This document shows positions 37,925 to 50,600 of a stretch of 64,000 nucleotides of DNA, in pieces; positions within the stretch are counted from its first letter, which is position 1, and each line of letters begins with the position of its first letter. The DNA comes from Tubulanus polymorphus. Lineage: Eukaryota; Animalia; Nemertea. The stretch is from assembly GCF_964204645.1 (NCBI RefSeq), contig NC_134028.1, positions 25,850,345 through 25,914,344 on the forward strand, given 5' to 3'. The translations under genes and the position numbers were made by a program. A model generated the notes under the pieces. It saw nothing but the letters and a program-made list of their open reading frames with translations. It ran no database searches and was not told where the DNA came from.

Positions 37925-40900
37925 TCATGAATCAGAATTTTCTTCTATTCCTGAATTTTCCTCATCAAAACCATAATCAGCAATCAAAATCGGAAAATGG
38001 CGGCCTTTCGTACATAATAGAGAGTAAAGTGATCGGTAGATACATGCAGCATCGCTGAAACGATAAAAAGAACAACTCTTTAAACTTGTGGATAAACTGT
38101 TTTTTTTGTACACTGAATTGAACAATGCGTAGAACATACCAATCAGTGACATCTAGTTTTTTCAACCGTTGCAGAAGATCATTTGAATAATCAAACAGCG
38201 CAGATTCATTATGTAGAATATCTAATTTTGATTGTATATGCGAGTATTGATAAAGATGCTGAGGTTTTGTGTACATCAACGTTGTATTAGCAGAATAATC
38301 TGCAGTGTTTGTCGTCGTTTGATTTTCTGCGAAGTATTTTTCAACTCTACTGCATACTTCAACCGTTTCCTCGCTAGAGCTTATGAATTTCCGACATTCT
38401 GAAAGAAGACCATAAAATTTCACAAATTCCACGCGAGAAATTCAAATATGGGGAGAGTAACGTTCCAAACTGAGTTTCAAATTACTGGTATTATTGCTAA
38501 TAATGTTGTTTGGTTATTTCCAAAATCTCTATGTATTAAATTAAGCAGCCAACAAAATCACCCCCAATCAATCGCTTGCCAGTTCGGGGGTGGTGGAAGA
38601 TTGAATGAACCGGAACTGAAATTTCCAATGAACTTCAAAATGTAAATGTAAAATGTAAATTCGACTGCCAATCACAAAGCTTTATCTGTACTTTCGTTTC
38701 AAAATCAAACCCATTATTTCACTCACAGTGTGTTAAGGACAACCAAATCAAAACCAATCGGACTAAATATACCAGTAAGGTCAATCCCTAATTCAAGATG
38801 ATATTTTGGACCTATTCGTTTTGTATAGAGATGGATTTTGAATTACGAAATCTATTCATATTTGTTTAAGAATTAATGGTACCTTTGTTTAGAGTTCTGT
38901 ATTGTTTTTCTGATTCCGCGATAAATAGAAGTGATTTTTCGAGGATCGACTTCGTCCTGAGTAACTGTGATAACTTTAATGAATCTGAATTAAAATTTAC
39001 AAATAGATCTTAAAACCGAGTCGACAATCAGGGATATAACCGACGTTCAATTCGCCTTGAGAAAAATAAACCTACCAGTAATTGAAGGCGGACACGTTCC
39101 CTCAATCATTCTATGAGACAAGTCGTAACTTTTCGTCAGTTTAAATATTAGACGCTGTATTGAAGAGAATCTGTCTTCGCTTATCTTAAAAATGTACGTC
39201 AAGGACTTAAACGAATGCATGTATTCTGAAGAAAAGCATTATTGCAAGAAAAAAATATGCCAGCAGAGAAAGGATACATATTTTTCAACATTCAAGAAAA
39301 ATTCCGGTGTTGAAATTTCATCAGTCGCTCGGTTAAGCTTCAATATTTCCTGCCTCAATTTGTAATTCTTCATAAAAAGTTTCTTTACTTTGGACGGAAC
39401 GATTAAATCCTGCCTGAAATATAAAATACAGCCTTAAGTTTAATAGCCGGTGAGCTTAATTAGGTGAACACAAATACTGATCCAAGACTTACCCATCTTT
39501 GACCAGCAAAAATGGTTTTTCATCGTCACATTCTTGTTTTTCACATGGTCCAGCCACATTATCACTACTACAGTTTTTTTGTGCGTTCGATAACATATTA
39601 CTGATATTTGCCTGAACAGAATCTTCAACATTATTAACAACTTCTTGTTTTCTTAAATCAGTAGTACACACTGGAGATAAATTTTCTCCAAGTCTTTCAG
39701 CTGCCCGTGGATTGTCTACACTTTGTTTGCTAATGCAAGAAATCTCATTTTTTACGATGTTTTTATTCCTAACCGGTGCTGCCGATGCGGGTAATGATTT
39801 TCCTGCCGATGACGGTTTCTTGTAAGACGGATTGCGTTTTTTGTATGAAGTAGAATCGGTTTTAAACGGAGCAGTTTCGTGAACTGGTTTAAAATTTTTC
39901 ACCGGTTTTTGCTGTTTTACTTTCACTTTAGAATTCTTATTCTCCTTTTCATCAACACGAGATTTCAGCGGCTGTTGGCCAGATTTCAACTTTTTGATCG
40001 AGACATCGGCGGCGCTTGTAATAGAAGGTGTTTGCTTCTTCTCAATCGCTTTAGCTTCCAACTAAAAACATAACGTACCAAAATAGTTTAAACAAATGTA
40101 ACATTTAACGACCGATGACGTATGCCTAGAATTTTCCGAGAAAATCAGAGAAAGAAAAATCATATTTAAGTCAAAACTTTGAATCATCTATCAGAATAAA
40201 CTGTCACTGACCTTCATTTGTATTTCTCTTGCTTTTTGCGCTTTCACAAGAAGTTCTTCTACTCTTTTCATTTCCTCTTCATTCTTCCGTTGTGTTTCCT
40301 TATCATTCTCCTCTGTTTGAACGGAAAAAAGAATTCGTAAATATCATATTTTTAGTTTCTCAAAAAGGAACTGAACGTAGATACAAACCTTTTTCTTTTG
40401 TTACATTTCTCTCCTTACTCAACAACTTTTCTGGTTGATTTACTTTTATAACTTCAGTCGACTTCTTATTTGTCCTAAACGAAAACAAATCATAGTATTT
40501 CAATTCATTAGATTTATCTATGCAGACCTGCCAACCACATCAGGGACAAGAAAAGTTAATTTTCAGGGACCAAAAAAGGAAAAATGAAGACTTAAAGGGA
40601 CAGTAGAAATTGTTTTAGGGACAGCAATTGATTTTCAATAGCAAAAAAACACCAGCAGGAACAGTGAGGCATTCTCAGGGACAGTCCCTGACAATCGGGG
40701 ACAGTTTGACAGCTCTGTCTATGGGCTAGGGTGAATAACTTAACCTTACTTAAACTTACCAGGGTTTGAAGAGGGAGCGACAATCGGAAGAAATCTCTTG
40801 GCATTGTTTGATAAGAGTTTCGTATTCTTGAATTTTGAGGAGCAGATGCGCAGTTAGCCTAGAAAATATGATTCATCCAACATTGAATTAATCAATTGTT

Positions 40901-41515
40901 ATTTTCACAAGAAGGGTGTGGCAGAGTGAAAGTTACTCACAAAATAACTAAGGGATCTACTCTAGTTCCACAGTTCTGAGTTAAATATTACTCTCGTGTT
41001 AAACACAGAACCCAGTTTTACAGTCGTGAATTAAAGAGTCAACTCTGAGTTTTAAGTTTGTTCATTTCCAAAGAGTTAACTCTCCAACAATGCCCAAAAG
41101 TGTGAATCTGAACTCAGAACTGTGAACTGTGGAACTGTGTTCTGAAAATAAACTGATTCACCGATTTTAACTCAAGAGTTAACTCACGACAAAACTGTCG
41201 GAGTGGACCCTATCACGGGCCCGTTTCAGATACGTGCCGTAGGTAATGTATTGTATATTGGAAAAGTCGATAATCTAGTTCACTGTTCAGTAGTTGATGT
41301 AGATTGTAGTAAGTTGGAAGATTTTTTTGCAAAAAAATCGTGTTAATCGCTCATTTGTTTCTCAGTGAGTGCTTTTATTTTAGAGTGAAATCGAATAACA
41401 TTTTGTATTGAAATTTTAGGTACATAACATGCGAGGAATCATATGCATGGGTAAACACAAATATATACACAAAAATTTACCTGTCAAAACTATCTTCATT
41501 CACGGTGCCCGCCAT
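37925..41515 (-). CDS. TEDC2: Tubulin epsilon and delta complex protein 2 (TEDC2/C16orf59) homolog, ~10 exons
   Basis: Exon 1 41515-41481 (MAGTVNEDSFD), exon 2 ~40858-40760 (...CRSLFKPW), 'EELLVKAQKARE', low-complexity exon 40061-39493 ending KPFLLVKDG, then QDLIVPSKVKK, 'TTLMYTKPQHL...KLDILHNE', last exon 'IYRSLYSLLCTKGRHFPILIAD'. These match, in order, my recollection of human TEDC2 blocks CRRLLHAW / ALEKAVRVR / FTLKEKGHLLRLP / LLVYSS / RAVHSLLCEGG. Confidence 0.75.
40523..40717. mobile_element. MITE with 6-bp TSD
   Basis: tctatg|cagacctgccaac ... gtttgacagctctg|tctatg; internal cagggac repeats. Confidence 0.75.
40952..41210. mobile_element. Harbinger-like MITE
   Basis: agttccacagttctgagtt ... 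aactcagaactgtg(g)aact inverted segments, with internal gagttaactc repeats. Confidence 0.55.
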
Positions 41516-42840
41516 ATTTGTGTTCAATAATGTAATATATTGAATTGAATAGGCGGCACCACCAGCCAACTCGCCTGCCAGTGCACAATCCGATATTAGA
41601 CTGGTTACCAATTCAACTTTATTGTAGATCTACAAAGTCTAACTCAAGGCAATTTACGATACAAAACAGAACACAATAAGAGACTCGTAGCCAATTAAGG
41701 AAAATAATCTAAACAGACACTACGAAATCTTCTTCAACATTAAATCTGGGGCAATTCAGGCTATTTTGTATTTACAACTATAACGGAATGGCATTTACTC
41801 TAAGTAGAGCCCCAGCTATCATGACCAATCCCATGAGATCGCAAACAAGGCTGGGACGGGCCGTGATTCACCCATTACCAAACGTGGTTGAAGAGAAACA
41901 AAGAGTTATTACGAATATAAATATTACAAATTCTTTATTACAGTCTAAAATAGTATGGATGAAAAACAGTATTTACAATGTGAATAATATACAATGTGAA
42001 TCAAATGTGAATAATAGCATTTTAAAACTTAATGAACGGGACACACACTTATATACATATATTATTTACAATACATATACTACTGGAGGGATTTACATCT
42101 ATTAGAAATAGAATTAGACCTATTTTGATAAATTAAGCAAAAGTTGGATTTTTTAAAATATTGAAGTTCCGAAATGTAAAGTAGTTTTTATGAAATTTGT
42201 TTTGTAATGAAGGAACTTATTTACGAGTAAAACTTTGAGACCGCATCCTGAACTGGAATTAACGGTTCACTAAATCTTCATCAAGCTGATTAATAGTTTT
42301 CGTAATTAATATCCCTGATATAGATTGAAAGATAACTTATAAAGGATTGAACTTGGTTTCATTTTTAGTTATCATATTGTGCTGCCACCATCAAATGCAT
42401 AATCCAACACTATCCGCGAATTCCGGAAATAGAGTTGTTAGAAACAAATTTCAAAATGATTTTTGGTTTGCCAAACTCACCATAATTTACACGTGTATAT
42501 TGGTTATTTTGTGGAAATTTTAATGCTTAACCCTTTCAGTGCTGGCTAATTAATACCCTATAGTGCTGAAGATAATTTGAAAATTCTGAATAATTCCACC
42601 CTAGTGTGTTGAATAACGGGAATAGCACTATAGTGCGTCTACACCGTGGTGCGGTGTATCGTTAGTTACTAGTATTTCACTATGTTTGACAGGTGCTGCC
42701 ATCTTTCAAGTGAGATAATTACTAATTACTGATTACATCAATACACCACAGTGCGGTGTATTAGCAAAATCTATCACTTATTAATACACCGCACTGCGGT
42801 GTAGACGCACTGAAAGGGTTAAGTAAGTTCAAAATATTCA
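41510..42840. promoter_or_regulatory. Copy A of the duplicated TEDC2/Chibby bidirectional promoter, interrupted by insertions
   Basis: 41510-41590 matches 44283-44353; 42378-42530 plus 42823-42838 match ~44540-44713, including ccggaa and the Chibby 5'UTR donor gtaagt. Confidence 0.8.
42531..42818. mobile_element. piggyBac-type MITE
   Basis: TTAA-ccctttcagtgc ... gcactgaaaggg-TTAA; internal tacaccgcactgcggtgta palindromes. Confidence 0.92.
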
Positions 42841-42958
42841 ATTGAAGTGTAGGAACTACTCTCGAAAAATAGTAGTCGTAGTCAGATCAGATGAAACGAC
42901 GAAAAAGCCTTACTTTTTATCATCGCACAGAGTTTGACAGACGCAATATAACTTGTTG

Positions 42959-44287
42959 TTATTCGCTCTTCTCGATAATTATCTGTTTGCGTTTCTTCGT
43001 GGGGGGTTGTTCGTCAAGTGATGAGGCGGCAGCGGTATACGTCGACGAGGCCTGGGCAGGCGGAAGTGCTTCGGATTCTTTACGTTCTACCACGATCATC
43101 CACTGATCTTCAATCATCTGGTTGCGAATGTCATAGATTTCCATCTGATAATGAAAATTACAATGATTTGTGAATCTGAGTTTTGAAAATCACTTGCCGG
43201 TTCAGGCTGGTTGGAAGATTGTTTGAATGTACTTCCATTTAAAAAAAGAACAAATTCTATGTATTCGACCCCCGATCACACATCTATATCTGTACTTCGA
43301 TTATTTCTAATATAAAATCGAACCTTGTTTCACTCCCGGCAAGTGTGGTGGGTCTGTGAGGGAGACCAAATCAAAACAAATGAAAAAAATCTACCAATCA
43401 AATAAATAGCAGGGTAAATCCCTATCTTAATTTTTGATTAAATGGAGCCTGGTTTCTGAACAACTTACATTGATTTCCGATTGCGCAACTTTTTCCATAA
43501 ACGAACGTTTCTTCAACATTTCTTTGCGAAGTGTTTCTTTGTGTTTATGAAGTATTTTCATCAGTCTGTGTTGCATCAAACGTTTCGTCTTCTCTTCCAA
43601 TGTTTCTTTATTTATCGGTTGTCGACTGCAAAAAGAACACAGCTCAATCATGAAATGAAGAGGGTAGTGAAACATCTAAATTTAGAATATCAGTGGTTCC
43701 TCAACGTTCATGGCGAACTTTGGGTTTTCTAGTTGTTCAACAATAGTGGCTGGAGATAGCCTAACTATCGAACACAACATAGTTTGGTCTTACACATTTC
43801 AGTGGTGACTTTTAATTGAACTATTGGAATTGAATTGGTGACCATCTCGGTCCTTGGAACAGCAAACTACAGCAACCGTGCTCCAGTTACCCCCAGTTAC
43901 ATGGTTTTGATTTTCCAATTAAGCGACAATCGGTAACACTTATTTTGCAATAGCCGACTAACTCTGATAACTGCTGAAGTTTCTTTTGTAACCATGATTT
44001 GATGGATGACAAAATTGCTTATACTCGCAATACTTTTCAACAAATCATACTAAAAAAAGATGACAATCGAAAGCTGTCTACCTGATTACCTGATTACCGA
44101 CCGGTCTACACTCAGTCTCTTTAATAAGAATCTATTCTGAAACTTACATTATTTTACGTGGTACAGGTTCAGGATCGATGACTGCTATTCGCATCGGAAT
44201 TTTGTTCTCCGGTTTTCGTTTCTTATTGTCAGCCAGATGTAGAACACGAAATAAATTATTTTGTTCATCTCTAAAAAATATTGCCAT
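42959..44287 (-). CDS. Candidate chimeric gene (or unprocessed pseudogene): TEDC2-derived start plus three duplicated BPTF exons, 160 aa
   Basis: Exons 44287-44148, 43625-43469, 43144-42959 with intact GT/AG sites and matching phases (2, 0). Paralogous to BPTF exons 50840-50752, ~50140-49988, ~49834-49575. Confidence 0.55.
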
Positions 44288-44713
44288 ATTTTTGTTCAAT
44301 AATGTTATATTGAATTGAATAGGGACCAACCAGCTCGCTTGCCAGCGTACAATTACTTGAACTTGAACTTATATTTATCGCGCCATGAATAACATTCATA
44401 CATAGGCTAAGACATAACATGCGATAAATTGACAGAACAAAACATTGAAGAATGACATTCAATAAACGCCCAAGTGTTCAATGAACACGTTCTCCCTCAG
44501 CTGGGACTCGAACCCGATGGCACCGCGCGAAGATCGTCTTGTGCTGTCACCATGAAATGCGGCATAATCCAACACTAACCCGGAAATAGAGTTGTTGTTA
44601 GAAACTTGTAAACAAATTTCAAAATAGTTTTCGGTTTGCAAACCTCCCCATAATTTACACGTGTAAATTGGTTATTTTGTCTCTTTTTACTGCTTGAGTA
44701 AGTTCAAAATATT
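44283..44713. promoter_or_regulatory. Copy B of the bidirectional promoter and Chibby non-coding first exon
   Basis: ETS-like ccggaa at ~44580; donor gtaagt at 44698 fits the acceptor tttcag at 44889 just before the Chibby ATG. Minus side keeps aacaaaaatATGGC. Confidence 0.65.
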
Positions 44714-44898
44714 CTATTTTTAATGTGAGGATAAGTTGAGAATATTTAATTTCATAAAATTCAACAAAAAAAGGAAACAGAAATTTATTGAACATGACAT
44801 GTTGAATTCAAATTTCTCTATTTTGGCCTTTCCTTAGATATTGAATTGTTCTATTTATCGTTGGCTAAAATTTTCGTCTTGAATTTCAGCTCCAAAAG

Positions 44899-45447
44899 AT
44901 GCCTTTGTTTGGAAACAAGTTCTCGCCGAAGAAAACTCCGGTTCGAAAATCACCGTCATTATCGAATCTGACGAGTGATCCGGAATTTATCCGATCGGAA
45001 TTAGCGCTCGACTACGGACCAATTCAAGTTAAACTCGGAAATAATGAAGTCACGTTTGAAAACGGTCAATGGATATCTGGTAAGTCGGCCGACAGAGATA
45101 TTCATTACCTCTAGTTCTATATTTCAACTTTTCGGTTAAAACCGAATATCTCTAATTTCAGAGTCAGAAGGTGTCGCCACTGTTCATCGAGAAATGGCGA
45201 AAGTGAAGAAACAAAATCAACAATTAATCGAAGAAAATAATTTGTTGAAATTGAAGATTGATATTCTATTAGATATGGTACGAAATTACGCGTTATGTCT
45301 CGAATGAATTCAACATTAGTCTCATCGACTCCTGTGTAATTGATCTTATCCTATTTTCAGTTATCTGAAACGACTGCTGAGGTTCATCTTCAAGAAAATG
45401 AAATTCAAGAACTGAAATCGATGTCGAAAAATGTTAAAAAGAGATGA
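44899..45447 (+). CDS. CBY1: Protein chibby homolog 1, 3 coding exons, ~127 aa
   Basis: Exons 44899-45079, 45162-45277, 45361-45447. MPLFGNKFSPKKTPVRKSPSLSNL...LDYG...FENGQW and coiled coil EENNLLKLKIDILLDMLSETTAE. Confidence 0.95.
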
Positions 45448-47602
45448 AGCAAACAGAGTTTAGTATTGCCGTTAATAACCTCAGAAGACTATCATGTGAT
45501 CCGGGACGGCTCTGAGCTCAGTATCATATACTTTATGCATTTGCTAGATCCATTATTGATGTGCAGCTCAATTATTATCAAAATGTATTAAACACTTGTC
45601 AAGGTTTTTAATTGATTTCAAGTAAACAAATGTAGCGAATAGAATCTGTAAAAACTGGTCAAATAGCTGATAGTTTATATGTAGAGAAGGAAGTGACTAG
45701 AAAATCATAGAATCTTTTGATTTTTCCCATATTTTACTTTAAATGTCTTTGTAACTTACAAATAGTTTATTTCTTCCTGTAGAGTTCAGCGATGTCAGTT
45801 TGAATACTTATCTGTGGTCTTAACATGGCTCAAAATTTTGCCTTAAAAAGCCTTTGGGTTTTATTTCAAAAGAAGAGTTCATTTTCTGTCCTAAGAAGTG
45901 TTGACAGCTCAATAATGAAATTGTTTCATATCCCTGTACATTGTATATGCATATTTTTTTCGATAGATTTTTTACATAAATTATCTTAAGATATTGTAGT
46001 TTTTCTCATTGTTTGATCTATTTCATTAACTTCACAAAAGGATCGGAATACGCACATCTCTGTTTACGATTTTCCATTGGTCTATTCTGATTACGGAATT
46101 CTCTTCTGGCGCTTTCGTTTCGACCAGAATAATCTGTGATCGTCTGCAGTTCCGACAGTAGCTGCTACTAGTTTGTGATATGGAATTCCTAAACCACAAT
46201 ACATTCTATCGGGAGCCTGCCTCAAGAATTTAACGCTCATGGCTTGAATAGTTTGGGGGCCATCCACTTCCTATAAGAATACAGCAGTTGAGACACAGTT
46301 CCTCAGCAAGGAGTTCAGACTCTACTCCAGAAAAGAAACCAAATCAAGCAGCAAAGATTTAACAACACAAGGATATGATTTGTATCATGTTATATATATT
46401 TTATATATAAGTGGAGCCTGTATTTTTATTTACTACTTATTGTTATGTATCTTGTATTTAACCAATAAATACTACATGTATGGTACATAGAGGTAAAATT
46501 ATGTAATGACGAATTTACATATGAAATGAATGGCTGCCTGATGTATGAATAAGTGAATGAAACACTATTTACGAACTTTAAAAATAATTTAAAAACTCAG
46601 TGAAGATGTACAAGTTTTATTACATTTTGTTCCTCAAACTTCACACAACGAAAACTGATTTTAGCTCGAATAATTGACTCAATAGATCGATTTTCTTCCA
46701 ATACCCTGTTGGAATTTTAATATAAGTTTGTAGGATCCAGCTCAGTATTTTTAATTATCATTACACAAGATGTTTCACGGAAAGGGGTCTAAAATTTGAA
46801 ACATAATATGGGGCGTACAGTACCACCACCTATCATTGAACAGAGAAACCAGCTACAAACATAGAAAACTAACACTTACAAAACGAACGCCAATCATATA
46901 TAATGATTATACATTGATGTTATATTTACAAATATTCAAAATCTAAATGATAATAATGAAATTTCAATTAGCAAATATCGTTAAACTCAGTAAACCGACA
47001 GGTCAACTGAACAGGCTATTAAGCTTAGCTACACGTATAATCAGTGCTTGCATGATGGACGCCTGCTTTATCTATTTCTCAATCAAAGTGACACGCGTGC
47101 GAGATATGTACCTTGAACATATATATAATACAATTATGAAATATCGAGTGACCCCAACCCAAAATATACTGCACATATCTAACCAGAAAATGATATAAAT
47201 GCAATAAACCAAGACAGACGCGCTGGATTGATTTCTAATTTTTCCCGGTCATAAATGCCCCTAAAGTTAAGTCGCGAAGGTCGTTATCCCTTCCAAAAAC
47301 AATCCTTAAACCCTTATCGTCTTTAAATAGCCGAATACATTACACTCTGTACTAAACAAACAAAGCATTCGAATAACAATTTATCTGAACCAATACACAA
47401 CGAAATATCTTAAAAACAATCTGTACATGCATCGTTCATTCTGTACACAATTCATTTGTGTAGAAAAATATTCTCTATCTCTCTTTCCTATTTAACATCG
47501 TACATACATTAATAAACAACTCTCGGGTTCATCTTTCGAGGGCGCCATCTTACGATTCAGTCATACCACATGAGTACGTTTACAACGTACACTCGAATTA
47601 TT

Positions 47603-50600
47603 CTACAAACACATTTTCTCTTTAATCGCTTTCAATCGTTGAACGAAATACGTTTCTAGAACCTCGGCGCACTGGTAATACGGAGATTCGCGCGGGTTGT
47701 AATAACGACAGTTGTCGAAGATTTTCATCACGTCTTTAACGAACTCGTGCAGATGATCGTATTTTCCGGCCAGCAGATTGTTCTCTAAAGTCGTCAGATC
47801 TAGAAAATAGTTCGAGATATCGAATTAATGCGCGGTGAAATGACTCGAATCGATCCATACAATGATTTTACCGATATACTCACCCATCGGTTCCTTGATA
47901 ATGTCGTAATAGTCGCCGACTTCCAGCGGGTCGACAGGTTCTAAAAACGGCCAGCCCATTTTATGAGCCTGAAATGCGAAAACGCGATTCATGCGAATGT
48001 TACAACTGCGGAATAAACCATGAACAAAAAATGAACAAATCCTCAGTTCGGAGTTCCAATATCGGTTAAAAGAACAGGTTCAGTGATGCACATACGTAAT
48101 AGTGGTAAACGTTAACATACCATATACCTTTCTCCGGACAAATCTCAACTGACACTAACTACAGTACGCTCGCTTGATTATAAAGTTTGAGCAAAGTTTA
48201 GTGTCTTTGCTCAAACTTCAGCGTACCATAGTTTTGTGTCAGTTTAAATTAGTCCTGAAAGCAAATACCGGTATATGTATATCAACCCTGAAAATGTTCA
48301 ACGGAAATATATCATGATATGCATTTCGTTCTTTTATGGATTATCAAACAAACAAAATGTCAATAAATCAATTACCACGAGACTTTTAACGAGTTTGCGT
48401 AGAGTTTCGATATCCGCATCGCCGAGCAGTTTATCCTTTTCAGCCGCTTTCTTATTCGATTTCTTACAACGAGGACAGATGTAAATATCGATTCTATCGG
48501 CTTCCGCTTTAGAGATACCGACGCATTTACCGTGGAACCAATCCTGACATTGATCGCATCCGATATACAACCTAAAAATCATCAACATAAGAATTCTAAG
48601 GTCTGGATATCTCTGAAAATTCCGATTTTTCATATTGTTCCAGGGTTTGATATCAACGCATTGTTCCCGCAGTTACATAAATTCAAAATTTACAAGCTCC
48701 ATGGTTGATTTTTCACTTTTCCCAAATGGAAATGGTGCCTTCTTAAAAGTGAAAATACCATCATACCACAAGGATGTTTTAATTGTGACTGGTTGATTAA
48801 GGTTGAAGAAAGTTGCCCTTGGGAAAATATCAAATTCCTAAACATTTCCGAACCAGGAAATGATACTAAAGTTATTGCCTGATTTCCCGGTACTGTGGGA
48901 ACAACGGGTCGGTAGTTTTCACCCGGTAAAATACATACATCGTATCATCGTAAGGCGTACGACATAAACAGTACAACTCCTCAGACGTGTCGTCTCTCTG
49001 TTTCTTACAATCCTCACAAATATACGAATCCATTCGTTTAGCCGCCGATTCCGAGATATTAACACACGAACCGTGAAACCAATTCGAACACAGGTCACAA
49101 CCAATGTAGAATCTGTATCAACGAATACAATAAAACTATCATTATCTTACTTAGTCAAACTTGGTGAAGTCATCATTAGTATACAACGCATCATTTGGGT
49201 ATTCACTATTTTTCAGCCCCGATTTGTATTTGCAAATAAAGTTAAGCAATAATCATCATTGAGCATCCTCAGCGTCCCTGCTATAACAACTTGAAGCAAG
49301 TTTGATCATATATTCAAATTGAATAATCAACATCAGATTGATTTGTCGAACAGGTTGTAATGGAGTAGAACCGACTGCGTTGGAAGTATCTACCTTTGTA
49401 GTGGTTTTCACCACCATTAGACATCTTAAGTAGGAGTTTAATTGAAAACGAACAAAGAAACATTTAGATTTTGAGAATATTTTGATATTTTTGTTAGTAA
49501 TTGAGCTCTCATAAAAGTAGTAATTACTCTCGACGAATATTAATGGTAGTCACGACTGATGAAACGAGCCTTACTTTTTATCGTCGTACGGAGTTTGGCA
49601 GACGCAGTATAACTTGTTGTTATTCGCTCTTCCCGATAATTTTCCGGTCGAGATAATCTTCTGTTTGCGTTTCTTCGCGGGGGGTTGTTCGTCGAGCGAC
49701 GACGCGGCCGCGGCGTACGTCGACGAGGCGTGGGCAGGCGGAGGCATCGGCGGAAGTGCTTCGGATTCTTTACGTTTTAGCGCGATCATCTGTTGATCTT
49801 CGAGCATCTGATGGTGAATGTCTGAGACTTCCATCTGATAATGAAAATGATAATGATTCATATCAATTTACTTATTTACTTCATTCTATATGGTACGCCC
49901 TATTTTAACGGTGCACTCCTCCCTGAATCTGGAGTGCACGTCGGTTAGCGGGACCGATGATGCATCCTGGTTTACTGAACAACTTACATTGATTTCCGAT
50001 TGCGCAACTTTTTCCATAAACGAACGTTTCTTCAACATTTCTTTGCGAAGTGTTTCTTTGTGTTTATGTAGCATTCCCATCAGTCTGTGATGCAGCAATC
50101 GTTTCGTCTTCTCTTCCAATGTTTCATTATTTTTCTGTCGACTGCAAAAAAACGCGGCTAAATTGTACGAAGTGAGAAGCACTAAAACCAGAACCGAAGT
50201 TCACCCCTTTAATAATGCTCCGTTCAGGCTCCTATTATCAATTTCTTATTTCTTTAGTTTTTTTGTAACCATGATTTTATTGATGACAAAACAAATATCT
50301 AACGTGGTTCAGGCAGGTTTTGATTGGTCTCTACGGAATTCTCTTCTGACGCGTTAGTTTCACCCAGAATTAATCTGCCTATTCCAGAATAGCATAATCT
50401 GCTATTCTTCAATTACTATACGTTTAACCCTTTCAGTGCGTCTACACCGCAGTGCGGTGTATAAATCAGTGATAGATTTTGCTAGTACACCGCACTGTGG
50501 TGTATTGATGTAATTACTAATTATCTCTCTTCAAAAATGGCAGCACGTGTCAAACATAGTGAAATACTAGTAACTAACGATACACCGCGTCGTGGTGTAG

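Noticed and set aside
42845-44270. Idea that the BPTF copy is an uncollapsed haplotype or a retrocopy
   Set aside because: It keeps introns, has its own indels and junctions with promoter copies, and looks too diverged for an allele; long reads should still confirm.
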